The notes beneath the pieces were generated by a model that saw only the letters and a program-made list of their open reading frames with translations, made no database searches and was not told where the DNA came from. This document shows, one piece after another, positions 18,106 to 26,717 of a DNA stretch of 64,000 nt (position 1 is the first letter of the stretch; each line of letters begins with the position of its first letter). Origin of the DNA: a virus (lineage: Duplodnaviria; Caudoviricetes); the IMG/VR virus record IMGVR_UViG_3300031134_000001, positions 207,027 to 271,026 of that record; one strand, given 5' to 3'. A program made the translations under genes and the position numbers.

Positions 18106-18779
18106 GTAAAGAAGAACCTAACCGCGATTGGAATGCGGAACATCGCGAAATCAATGAAAAAGGGCATCAAGATCTCGCGCGTCTTTATATCAAGGACGCG
18201 AACAAGCGTAAGGACGATATGTTCTTCGATGGTCAACCCATCGATTCGCCTAACCGCTTGGCAGCTCGCGCGATCATCGCGCTGGTGGGGGATCGCACGA
18301 ATGCGGATTTTCTTGATCTGCATCAGCATGGCCGTAGCGAAATAACTAACATCGCTGTCGAGATCATCGGACAAGTCAACGCTCAGCAAGTGGCTGACTC
18401 CATTTACGAAAGGGTCCAAGTCGTGGATGCGCCTAAAGATAAACCCAACCCAACGCCAAGCAAGTTGGACCAAGCCATGGAAAACATGCAGTACACGTTT
18501 TCTGAACTGTCAATGGCGCGGCGCGATGATGAATTGCGCGAAGTCATGACCGCCGCAGTTAACTGGGGCAATCGCGATGACCTGTCGCCGATGGAGCGTT
18601 GTCAAGGGTTGGCACATGAGCTCTATAGCGAGTGGGGTACCGATACCGTGATGACCGCCGACGGCACTACGGTACCCACCAGCCCTGGGCTTAACTACGC
18701 TCGCATGTACGAGCATGGCTTTGCCGAAGAAATCAAGGCGCGCTCGATGCGGGCTGCTAAGGATTTGTTCGGCTCGTAA
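18102..18779 (+). CDS. Array member 3 (ends RSMRAAKDLFGS)
   Basis: ATGA overlap; shared domain and motif. Confidence 0.9.
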   Translation: MSKEEPNRDWNAEHREINEKGHQDLARLYIKDANKRKDDMFFDGQPIDSPNRLAARAIIALVGDRTNADFLDLHQHGRSEITNIAVEIIGQVNAQQVADSIYERVQVVDAPKDKPNPTPSKLDQAMENMQYTFSELSMARRDDELREVMTAAVNWGNRDDLSPMERCQGLAHELYSEWGTDTVMTADGTTVPTSPGLNYARMYEHGFAEEIKARSMRAAKDLFGS

Positions 18780-18788
18780 AGGAGAATC

Positions 18789-19964
18789 ATGGCAAACAAC
18801 TACCAGGACATAGTTGGTCAAATTTATCTTGAAAAGATGACCCCCGTTATCGCAGCTCTTTTCAAGACCTACAACCTTAACCCTCACTCTAACTATCCAG
18901 GCAATGGCGCCTACGGCATCTGGTGTGGCGAATTGGTCGGCAACGACTATCCGACGTGGGATAGCTTTGCAGAGTCGCTGAGAGAACTCTGTCAGCAACT
19001 TAACATTGTCGTTGATGATGGAAACATCGAAGAAGAAAACGAGTTTTACGCTTACTTACTGAAACTCCTCTTTACCTTCTTTGGCGCTATCGATAAAGAA
19101 GATGCGAAAGCATATATCGAAATAGCGAGAACGTGCGATTCATACGACTTCGTCGAACTGCGTTATCTGTTTAACATCGCCCAACTCATGAACGACGGAC
19201 ATGGCTTAAAGCGCTATGAAGTTGACAGCGCGTTTTACTGCTCCAAACCGCGTCACCAAGAGTTTGGTGGTTATGGCGAATACCACAGCCACCATGTCCA
19301 TTCATTTGAAGGTTCAATCCAGGCTTGTTTGTTTGGCGCCGCTTTAGAAGAAGATTTGCTGGCTAAGCGCTACGACGCCGCTGCAGCGCGTATCGTCGAC
19401 AAAACCGCACGCTCACTCAACTGCATCACCAACCCAGAAGACCGTCAGAAAGTTCAAAGTCTGGTCGTGAAGGAAATGAATACCCTACACACGCCCATTC
19501 CGCAAGGTCAACCCGCCAGCAACGAACCTACTATCAACCCCTACGACATCGACGCAATCATCGACGCGCCTGTGGTACAAATGACACATAGTGAGCAGCG
19601 CTCGGAAATCGCGGGTGCTATTTACAACATCGCGCGGGAGTGGGCGGATAAGCCGGCACACTTCGATCCATACGAACGGGTGCATGGCGCGCTCTGCAGC
19701 TTCATCAGTCTGCTCGAAGACGGTAATGGTGAAACTGTACCACCCATGCAGTTGTATCCGATTCCTGCAAGCCACAAAAGTTACGACACCTCGGTTTTCC
19801 GAGAAGGTCCAGAATGGCAAGTCGGGCAATGGCGCTTTAATCAGCCTATCCCGATGTACGAAACAAATAACCCACAACACAGTTTGTTGAACGAATTCAT
19901 CACCACTGCGGAGACTCTGGAACGTCGACGAATCGAAGCGGCTAAGAAAATGTTCGGCACCTAG
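18789..19964 (+). CDS. Array member 4 (ends RRIEAAKKMFGT), with ICE/plasmid-like N-terminal domain
   Basis: AAGGAG RBS; FDPYERVHGA domain; N-terminal MANNY...TPVIAALF...YPGNG...CSKPR.EFGG. Confidence 0.9.
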   Translation: MANNYQDIVGQIYLEKMTPVIAALFKTYNLNPHSNYPGNGAYGIWCGELVGNDYPTWDSFAESLRELCQQLNIVVDDGNIEEENEFYAYLLKLLFTFFGAIDKEDAKAYIEIARTCDSYDFVELRYLFNIAQLMNDGHGLKRYEVDSAFYCSKPRHQEFGGYGEYHSHHVHSFEGSIQACLFGAALEEDLLAKRYDAAAARIVDKTARSLNCITNPEDRQKVQSLVVKEMNTLHTPIPQGQPASNEPTINPYDIDAIIDAPVVQMTHSEQRSEIAGAIYNIAREWADKPAHFDPYERVHGALCSFISLLEDGNGETVPPMQLYPIPASHKSYDTSVFREGPEWQVGQWRFNQPIPMYETNNPQHSLLNEFITTAETLERRRIEAAKKMFGT

Positions 19965-19976
19965 AAAGGCAACACC

Positions 19977-20363
19977 ATGGACCACGACAAGATGCAACAC
20001 CGTCGTTTCTTTACAGATGCAGCGTATCGCGCAGTGACTGAAGCGACGGCCGATAGCTTTGTAAAGGCAATGCAAGACTATAGCGCGCTGCCCGTCAACG
20101 AAGAGGACTACGCTGGGGATAAAGCCAAAGATTACTTCCCTGCGGTTGATGCCGCAGACATCGCGGCTGGAGCTATTCTTTCTGAATTGTCTCATCGTCT
20201 CGACTTCCATTACGAAGTCGACCACCATGGTAACCACGACATGAATGACATGGTGGCGTCGATTATTCGCAAGAGCATGGCGCCTGCTACCGTAGAGCCG
20301 CCTGAGGCCACGTTTGAATCGATCGACATTCGTGCGCTGCTCGACGATACTAACAAGTCGTAG
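19977..20363 (+). CDS. Array-embedded protein lacking the terminal motif; homologous to the N-terminus of the 20377 protein
   Basis: RRFFTD..YR...PAVDAADIAAGAILSELS vs RRYFTD..YR...PIVDQADLAAEAVLSQLS. Confidence 0.9.
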   Translation: MDHDKMQHRRFFTDAAYRAVTEATADSFVKAMQDYSALPVNEEDYAGDKAKDYFPAVDAADIAAGAILSELSHRLDFHYEVDHHGNHDMNDMVASIIRKSMAPATVEPPEATFESIDIRALLDDTNKS

Positions 20364-20376
20364 AAGGGAAATCCAA

Positions 20377-21165
20377 ATGGAAGATAAGAAACAATCGCGG
20401 CGGTACTTTACTGACAAAAACTATCGTCATCAAATCCAAGAAGCCGCTTACGCCGATGTAGAGCGTTCTAAAATCTTCATGGGGGAAGATCTCGATAAAG
20501 GCACCGAACATTACCATCCCATCGTTGACCAAGCTGACTTAGCGGCCGAAGCGGTCCTCAGTCAGCTGAGTGATCGCAGTGGTATTCAACTTGATTTCGA
20601 CCCTGAAACGAATCACGAAATCGCTGACACTCTGGCAGAAATCATTCGCCACAGCATGGCTGCCCAAGTCTACGAGCGTCCTCCGCTGGACTACACGCCG
20701 TTCGTTTACCACGATGAAAAGTGGCCGTTCTTCGACGACAACGAAATTCGCTCCGAAGGCGGGACGTACACACCCCACGAAGTGCGTCAGCAGCTGTTTA
20801 ACCGCATGATCGACAAAGCGATGACGTGCGGTCAAGAGGAAGGCAACTACACGCCAACTGAACGCTGCATGCGGACGGTGCACGGCGTCATCGGTTTGAT
20901 CGATGGCAAAGGTGGTAATCGTTCGGATGGTAAAGGTCTGCCGGTCATGCAACTGATGATCTGCCCAAGCCCCGAGTATTCGGAAGAACGTGCCCGTAAA
21001 GGGCTGCCGTTGTATGACAACAGCGTACCGCTTGACTGCGGATTGCCCGCACCTGACTATGAGACCGGGCTGACACGGGCATTCGAAGACCACTACACCA
21101 GTCGGTTTGAAACGTCCATTCGCGCCCGGCAACTGCGCGCAGCGAAGGATCTCTTTGGGAGCTAA
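20377..21165 (+). CDS. Array member 5 (ends RQLRAAKDLFGS); start revised to 20377
   Basis: AAGGG RBS; shared domain and motif. Confidence 0.9.
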   Translation: MEDKKQSRRYFTDKNYRHQIQEAAYADVERSKIFMGEDLDKGTEHYHPIVDQADLAAEAVLSQLSDRSGIQLDFDPETNHEIADTLAEIIRHSMAAQVYERPPLDYTPFVYHDEKWPFFDDNEIRSEGGTYTPHEVRQQLFNRMIDKAMTCGQEEGNYTPTERCMRTVHGVIGLIDGKGGNRSDGKGLPVMQLMICPSPEYSEERARKGLPLYDNSVPLDCGLPAPDYETGLTRAFEDHYTSRFETSIRARQLRAAKDLFGS

Positions 21166-21166
21166 C

Positions 21167-21595
21167 ATGGACACAAGCATGATGGAGCGTGTCACTCAAT
21201 TTCACGCACGCGTCGAAGCGCTGTCTGCTTTGTTTGATTGGGACGTGTTGGGCGATCTAGCTGCCGAATACATCGAGTACGTCGGTAAGATGGAAAGCAT
21301 GACGGTGGATGAAGCGATCGCTGAACTCACGCGGTGGGCTGTTAAGAAGCAGGAAAAGCGGCGCTCGATAGAACAGCGACGCTATTTCAAAATGGCGCAG
21401 CATGTAGCAGCGCAGCACCTTACTCTACCAGAAGCCTGTCACTTCATGGCCAAGCATTTCTACGTCATGCACCATCAAGTCAAAGGAGCGCCTGAAATCA
21501 TTTCGCAAGAATACAATGCGTTGTACGATCGTACGTATTCTGACGCCATCAACGCCCGCCAGGCGCGTGCTGCAAAAGATCTTTTCGGGGGGTAA
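21167..21595 (+). CDS. Array member 6 (ends RQARAAKDLFGG); start revised to 21167
   Basis: GGGAG RBS within the upstream gene end. Confidence 0.88.
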   Translation: MDTSMMERVTQFHARVEALSALFDWDVLGDLAAEYIEYVGKMESMTVDEAIAELTRWAVKKQEKRRSIEQRRYFKMAQHVAAQHLTLPEACHFMAKHFYVMHHQVKGAPEIISQEYNALYDRTYSDAINARQARAAKDLFGG

Positions 21596-21598
21596 GTA

Positions 21599-22378
21599 AT
21601 GTTTCAATACGAACAACCTGCGCAATTAAGCGGCGTTAGCCGAATCGTGTCGGACTCGGATTATGGTAACGAATGCGTAATGCGTGTGGAGCATGGCGCC
21701 GAAGTACGTTTCCCACCTTACCCAATCTCTTGCGGCTACGTGCGTGTGGTAAAGAACGGCAATGAGATCGGCTACTGGGATGCACAAGAATGGATGGAGG
21801 CGCCGGAAGAAGTCATGGGTGCGATCATGGGCGCTGCGATGAGTGGTGATCATGCTGCACATACAGCAACTCTATCTGAAGAAGTCGCTGGCGAAATCAA
21901 AGAAGGTTTGGCTGCACACGGCATGGTGGATGCCCAGCCATTGGCCAAACTGCGTCCTTACGAACAGATCCAAACTCTGGCCGATGTGACGCATCAGGTG
22001 GCTGCGCATTGGGCGTACCGTGACGATCCTGATCTCGGTGTGGAAGAACGTGTCATGGGCGCAGTACACGGCGTGCTGGACGTACTGCAAAACGGCTTGA
22101 TCGAACGGTTACCAGCATTTCAACTCGTACCCATCGATCCTGAAACGGACGAAGGTTGCGTGCAATGGGTGAACCGTAATCAGAAAGATGTCGTGGCGGC
22201 AGATTGGAACTATGGCGTTCCCTTCGATTTGTCAGTACGTGCTACACCTGAGATGGGTCCTGCTGGTGCGCTTCTGGGAAAGAGCCCGCCCTCATCGCTC
22301 ACTTACCGTTTCGAAGAGCACTACGAAAACATGCGTAGCCGGTTCCGTACGTCGGCGGAGGATCTTTTCGGAGGCTAG
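21599..22378 (+). CDS. Array member 7 (ends RFRTSAEDLFGG)
   Basis: EERVMGAVHGVL domain; distinct N-terminal domain (GYVRVVKNGNEIGYW...EVMGAIMGA). Confidence 0.9.
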   Translation: MFQYEQPAQLSGVSRIVSDSDYGNECVMRVEHGAEVRFPPYPISCGYVRVVKNGNEIGYWDAQEWMEAPEEVMGAIMGAAMSGDHAAHTATLSEEVAGEIKEGLAAHGMVDAQPLAKLRPYEQIQTLADVTHQVAAHWAYRDDPDLGVEERVMGAVHGVLDVLQNGLIERLPAFQLVPIDPETDEGCVQWVNRNQKDVVAADWNYGVPFDLSVRATPEMGPAGALLGKSPPSSLTYRFEEHYENMRSRFRTSAEDLFGG

Positions 22379-22939
22379 ATGTCGAAGGAAGACAGTGAGG
22401 TGTTGGGTTGGTACGCTCAGCACGTCATGACAAACAACCCAGAGTTCTTTGGCACTCCCGAGAGCTGGGACCCTAAATTAAGAAGGGGGGCTGATATGGC
22501 CAAGAAATCGTTGAGTATTAACGATGTCGGCAACGTGTACGAAATGCCGGCACTTACCAAGGAGGAAATGCTTACCATCATCGCACAACGAGCTTATAAC
22601 AGGGCGTTATTGTCGTGGGGTGAGGGCGTAACTAACGCGCGCTTGACGATCAACGATCGGGTGCTGGGGGCTGTATACTCAACATTCGAATTGCTTCAAG
22701 AGGGCAGAGAAGGGCTGATGCCGCCAATGGAGCTGGTGCCGCATGTTAGTGAAGACATAGTGGTTCATATAGAGCGCGAAGGGCATGAAGTTGCCTGTTG
22801 CTGGCCAGAAGACCCAGTTCTCTTGGCACCAGACACGCGCGACGCCACCAGCATGACTGCGGTGTTCTCTACCGTTTACGATCGCTATAAAGACCGCTTG
22901 GCTGCGTCTGCTAGAGATCTTTTCCAAACTTACGAATAG
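22379..22939 (+). CDS. Array member 8 (ends RLAASARDLFQTYE)
   Basis: NDRVLGAVYSTF...MPPMELVP domain. Confidence 0.88.
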   Translation: MSKEDSEVLGWYAQHVMTNNPEFFGTPESWDPKLRRGADMAKKSLSINDVGNVYEMPALTKEEMLTIIAQRAYNRALLSWGEGVTNARLTINDRVLGAVYSTFELLQEGREGLMPPMELVPHVSEDIVVHIEREGHEVACCWPEDPVLLAPDTRDATSMTAVFSTVYDRYKDRLAASARDLFQTYE

Positions 22940-22947
22940 GCGTTACT

Positions 22948-23817
22948 ATGCCACGTGATGAAGGGTTCTATAACCCATCCCAACATTTCAGCCCAGCGAT
23001 CCAGTATCAGCTCAACCAAGAGCAGATCAAAGAACTGATCGAAAGCACAGCCATCGCTGCAGCGCAAAAGGTACTGCAAGCAAACGGCTACGGCAACCCT
23101 TACGAACAACCAGCAGTCGACCCGAACGCACCGCGCGCCTACACCAGGGAAGAAGTCACCGAGCAGATCCTTGAAGGCGTTGTAAGGAATGTGCGGTACT
23201 GGCAAAAGCAGCCTAACTGTGGCACGATGGAACACCGAGTCGAGGGCGTGGCGTTTTCCATTCTCTCCATGTTGGACGGCTCGACCCTGGATTTGCCAGC
23301 CTTCAATCTCTCGCCTGATCCGGCGGAAGACGACATGAACTACCATATCGAAGAAGGAGAAAATTACTACGATCCCGATACGGTGATCTCTACGTCGCTC
23401 CATGAACTGTTTCATCCAACGATGAAGCGGTTGTACCCAGATACGAAGCATCCAGAAGGCTACAGCGAACTCTCGCCAGAGGAAATGCGCGAACAGTTTA
23501 CTGGCATGATATCGCGCATGGTGGATGTGGCTGGGACTTCTTCGGCCGACAAACTCGAAGCGTGTGAACGTCTGGGGCGCGATGTGTTGCTGGTACTGGA
23601 CGGTAAGTACTCGCCGTACATGCCAGGCTTCATGTTGTTTGCGGCGCCCACCCAGGACTTCAATGCCCGAGAAATCAAAGAAGGGCGTAAAGCCTGGGGC
23701 AATCATATCCCCCTGAACCGTCAGGAACCCACGTACGGCATGACCGATTCCTTGGTGGACGCGTACGACACCATCCGCGGGCGTAGCGCTAGAGCTGCGC
23801 GTGACATGTTTAAATAA
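22948..23817 (+). CDS. Array member 9 (ends RSARAARDMFK), two tandem copies of the shared domain
   Basis: EHRVEGVAFSILSMLDG..LPAF and EACERLGRDVLLVLDG..MPGF. Confidence 0.9.
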   Translation: MPRDEGFYNPSQHFSPAIQYQLNQEQIKELIESTAIAAAQKVLQANGYGNPYEQPAVDPNAPRAYTREEVTEQILEGVVRNVRYWQKQPNCGTMEHRVEGVAFSILSMLDGSTLDLPAFNLSPDPAEDDMNYHIEEGENYYDPDTVISTSLHELFHPTMKRLYPDTKHPEGYSELSPEEMREQFTGMISRMVDVAGTSSADKLEACERLGRDVLLVLDGKYSPYMPGFMLFAAPTQDFNAREIKEGRKAWGNHIPLNRQEPTYGMTDSLVDAYDTIRGRSARAARDMFK

Positions 23818-23831
23818 GAAAGGTATTTCGC

Positions 23832-24236
23832 ATGACTACTACTCCATCTGCTATTCTCCTGCCGATCAACGTGGACGAAGACGCCATGTCGGCCAGTCCC
23901 TACCAGGGCGAACGTATCGCCTCGACCATCACCGAAGCCATTCAGTACGGCTTGGGCATCATGGATCTGCGTCAAAACGAGATCTACGAAAAGAGCCCGG
24001 CGGATGTCAAGGCCGCATGGGAAAGCCACACAGACGACTACGTCGGCAAGATGCGGGCACAAACCTTCCCAGGCGCGACGACCGAGGAGACGGAGCTCTT
24101 GCAAAAGATCACCGACATCCTGAACCTGCAACGCCGGCGTGAGCGTGAAGAATCGCATCTTAGTCACGATTCGATCATCTTGCTGTGGCTGCAAATTAGC
24201 AGTGCAGCGCGTCAGTATCTGAAACCAAAAGCATAA
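23832..24236 (+). CDS. Hypothetical protein (134 aa), last gene of the array operon
   Basis: AAGG RBS; ends SAARQYLKPKA, not a clear motif match. Confidence 0.8.
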   Translation: MTTTPSAILLPINVDEDAMSASPYQGERIASTITEAIQYGLGIMDLRQNEIYEKSPADVKAAWESHTDDYVGKMRAQTFPGATTEETELLQKITDILNLQRRREREESHLSHDSIILLWLQISSAARQYLKPKA

Positions 24237-24285
24237 CGCCCCCCAGCCCTTAACGGGGCTGGAGTTATGCCGCTATTGTTTTTTG
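24231..24285 (+). terminator. Intrinsic terminator with GCATA/TATGCCGC flanks
   Basis: CCAGCCC/GGGCTGG stem then T tract. Confidence 0.8.
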
Positions 24286-24328
24286 ATCCGGCAAACGTAT
24301 TAGATAGACACAACCACACCTACCCACC

Positions 24329-24907
24329 ATGTCCATTGCCATCTATCGCCATTTGAAACTGTCAGTCGCTGTCCCGATCCACCGTGAACCCAACGTTGTA
24401 CAGCTGTCACGCCGCAAGGTACATGATTTTTGTCTGGACCAAGATGCTGAAGGCGGTTGGGTAGGGTCGATTGAATTTAGTACCATAGCACGCCGCTTGG
24501 CTCGACTTAACGTCTACAAACAACTGTGGCAAATCAAAAACGGTCAGCTGTTGATCACCCACCGCACTTACTGCAACGGCTCTTTGCGTTCGGTTACGAC
24601 ACCGGCTTTAATCGCACCAGCCTTAACCACGGTCTGGACATTAAACAACGACGTGGCCTCGATCAGCAAACAGTTCGCTGAGGAACAAATCACCAGTCGT
24701 GTTGCAATCGAGCGTTATCTGCATGACCATACGCCGAATCCATTTGACTTTAAGATTATCGTCATGGACTTTGATCCTAACAAACAACTCATGGGTCGAC
24801 CTTATTACACCACGTACTTGGTTCGCACTCGCGATAAAGTTGAAAGGATGGCGACCTTTGACCACAGTGAGGATTCTAACGCATGGGCAAAACTATTTCT
24901 AACGTAG
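24329..24907 (+). CDS. Hypothetical phage protein (192 aa)
   Basis: First ORF after the terminator; C/A-rich leader. Confidence 0.8.
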   Translation: MSIAIYRHLKLSVAVPIHREPNVVQLSRRKVHDFCLDQDAEGGWVGSIEFSTIARRLARLNVYKQLWQIKNGQLLITHRTYCNGSLRSVTTPALIAPALTTVWTLNNDVASISKQFAEEQITSRVAIERYLHDHTPNPFDFKIIVMDFDPNKQLMGRPYYTTYLVRTRDKVERMATFDHSEDSNAWAKLFLT

Positions 24908-25305
24908 TTGAAAACTTGCTGGTCATGGATATTGGCGACATTCTCGATGACTTGCAAAAAGAGTTACAACGCATCGGCATTCGCTCTGTGTGTGAAGATT
25001 GGCACAAAGGTCCCATTGAATCGTTCCTCTACGAGATCTTCACCGAGGTTGGGTACTTGCCCGATGGCGAACGCCGAGTAGCGTATAACGTCACTGACGT
25101 GTTAGATACGAGCGGCCAGTACTTTGATCGCGGCGACATGTGCTCATACGAACGCATTCAGTGGATGATCACCGTCCAGCGCTTAATCAACCGGTTCGTG
25201 GAATACCGTTTGTACGGCAAAGACCACGTGCACGTCTACGACTTCTTCGCTTACGAGAACAACACGCTTTACTTACAACATCACGCAGACAATCATGGCG
25301 ACTAA
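24883..25305 (+). CDS. Hypothetical protein (140 aa), possible paralogue of the next two genes
   Basis: Overlapping operon; similar C-terminus. Confidence 0.8.
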   Translation: MGKTISNVVENLLVMDIGDILDDLQKELQRIGIRSVCEDWHKGPIESFLYEIFTEVGYLPDGERRVAYNVTDVLDTSGQYFDRGDMCSYERIQWMITVQRLINRFVEYRLYGKDHVHVYDFFAYENNTLYLQHHADNHGD

Positions 25306-25744
25306 CCAACAACAATACACCATCGACATTTACGAAGCCGTGGAGCGCTTTAACGGTTACCATCAAGCGTATGCTAACCTCGCAGTACCGGCGGCGCTAC
25401 ACCGCGAATACATCGACATGCTCATCGAGCAAATGATCGCGCACTTTGAAGTCGAGCGCACCGCAGTGCAGATGTTTGTCGGTCACTACACCCAGCTCAT
25501 CACCGACCACTCCATCTCCCCACGCTTCAAATACCATCCGCTGAACTTCCTGCGGCAGATGGATAACGAGGGCTACCGCAACTATATCTACTGCCTGTAC
25601 GGTTTTGCTGAAGACATGTTCAAGATCTTCCAGGCGCATCAGTTCTACAATAGCCGCGGTATTTTGCTCGCTAGCTTTCAGCATATCAACGGGAACAATC
25701 TGTATCTCGTTGTCAGACCGGAGGTACCTGATGTCTTCCATTAA
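25295..25744 (+). CDS. Hypothetical protein (149 aa)
   Basis: Overlapping operon. Confidence 0.85.
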   Translation: MATNQQQYTIDIYEAVERFNGYHQAYANLAVPAALHREYIDMLIEQMIAHFEVERTAVQMFVGHYTQLITDHSISPRFKYHPLNFLRQMDNEGYRNYIYCLYGFAEDMFKIFQAHQFYNSRGILLASFQHINGNNLYLVVRPEVPDVFH

Positions 25745-26231
25745 CGACAAAACTAGCTTTGCACCAGAGCCTCTGTATCCAGGAGATTACTACCTGGTCG
25801 ATTGCGCCGAACCTATCAGTCGCTTCATGCAAACGCCGTACAACGTACGCATGCACATGGCGTCTGATTCAGAAGAGATGACTGAGTACGACATGGTTGA
25901 TGTGGAGCTCACTGAACTGGTGGATGCTCTGGTGATGCGTAACCCAGTGGACCATCTGGACAACCACGCGGACCAGCTGTTAGAAGAAGGTACGAACGTT
26001 CTGCGTGAAGAAGCCATCATGCAAGGCATTCACAAAGAAGGTCAGGTCTATACCAACACACCAGTACAAACCCAACACGCTGATGCTGTACTACAGCTCG
26101 GGTTTGATTTGTCACGACTCTTAAAGCAGTACGGGTTCTATCATGCAACGGGAATGTTGGCAGTAAAGTACCATCAGTTACTGCCCAATGGATTGGTCGT
26201 ATTTAGAAAAGAACCCACGCCGTATTACTAA
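25731..26231 (+). CDS. Hypothetical protein; start revised to 25731
   Basis: GGAGG RBS before ATG 25731. Confidence 0.85.
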   Translation: MSSINDKTSFAPEPLYPGDYYLVDCAEPISRFMQTPYNVRMHMASDSEEMTEYDMVDVELTELVDALVMRNPVDHLDNHADQLLEEGTNVLREEAIMQGIHKEGQVYTNTPVQTQHADAVLQLGFDLSRLLKQYGFYHATGMLAVKYHQLLPNGLVVFRKEPTPYY

Positions 26232-26243
26232 ATACCACCATCT

Positions 26244-26650
26244 TATGTAAACAATGTTCCCCTAGCGTGACTTACCGTGTAGCGTTAAGGTTAAAATGTG
26301 TCACCAGGCCCCAGCAGAGCCAACTTCGGGATAAACTCACTCAGTCGAATGAGGTTGGGGCGAAACAGGTGGTAAACGGTACGGGCCTTCTTCACAGAGC
26401 CAAGCTGTCATTAGGAATTTTCGGTCGAGCGCTGACGCGCGATTATTCGAGTGTGCAACGGCAACCCAGATTGGATGATAGTCCTTCGTACTGCGAAGTC
26501 ACGTTATCTAGTAAGGGTTGTCGGTGCGTAGGTTTCATGTGCCTACAAACTTCTTCGCGGCGCAGGTGCCGGGGTAGAGTTTTGCGACATGATGCTGTTT
26601 TCCTAAGTTTTTCTTTAGCACAGGAGCCTTCGGGTTCCTGTGTCTTTTTA
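26244..26650 (+). ncRNA. Candidate structured ncRNA, about 400 nt, family unrecognised
   Basis: 486-nt gap with no credible CDS; several nested stems; TATG upstream and UUCG terminator downstream. Confidence 0.45.
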
Positions 26651-26657
26651 TGCCGTC
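26619..26657 (+). terminator. Intrinsic terminator with TATGCCGTC tail
   Basis: ACAGGAGCC-TTCG-GGTTCCTGT then T tract. Confidence 0.85.
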
Positions 26658-26679
26658 AATTCTTTTTTTGGTTAATTCT

Positions 26680-26683
26680 TATG
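26680..26683 (+). promoter_or_regulatory. Candidate late promoter TATG
   Basis: TCTTATGAG in AT-rich context upstream of a virion gene; similar TTCTATGAG at 32900; phiKZ late consensus is TATG. Confidence 0.4.
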
Positions 26684-26717
26684 AGTCAACCCCTCGATAA
26701 CCCTTACAGAGAACACC

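Noticed and set aside
16700-23817. Possible CRISPR-like or DNA-level direct repeat at the gene ends
   Set aside because: Spacing is gene-length and irregular and copies differ at synonymous positions, so it is a protein motif and not a DNA repeat array
23832-24236. Tenth member of the tag family (ends SAARQYLKPKA)
   Set aside because: No D-L/M-F and no clear ERVHG-type domain; similarity limited to AAR
26357-26400. GGGGCGAAACAGG resembling a tmRNA 5' end
   Set aside because: Lacks the following TCGAC and there is no T-arm/CCA 3' end or tag reading frame; the GGGG is better explained as part of a local stem
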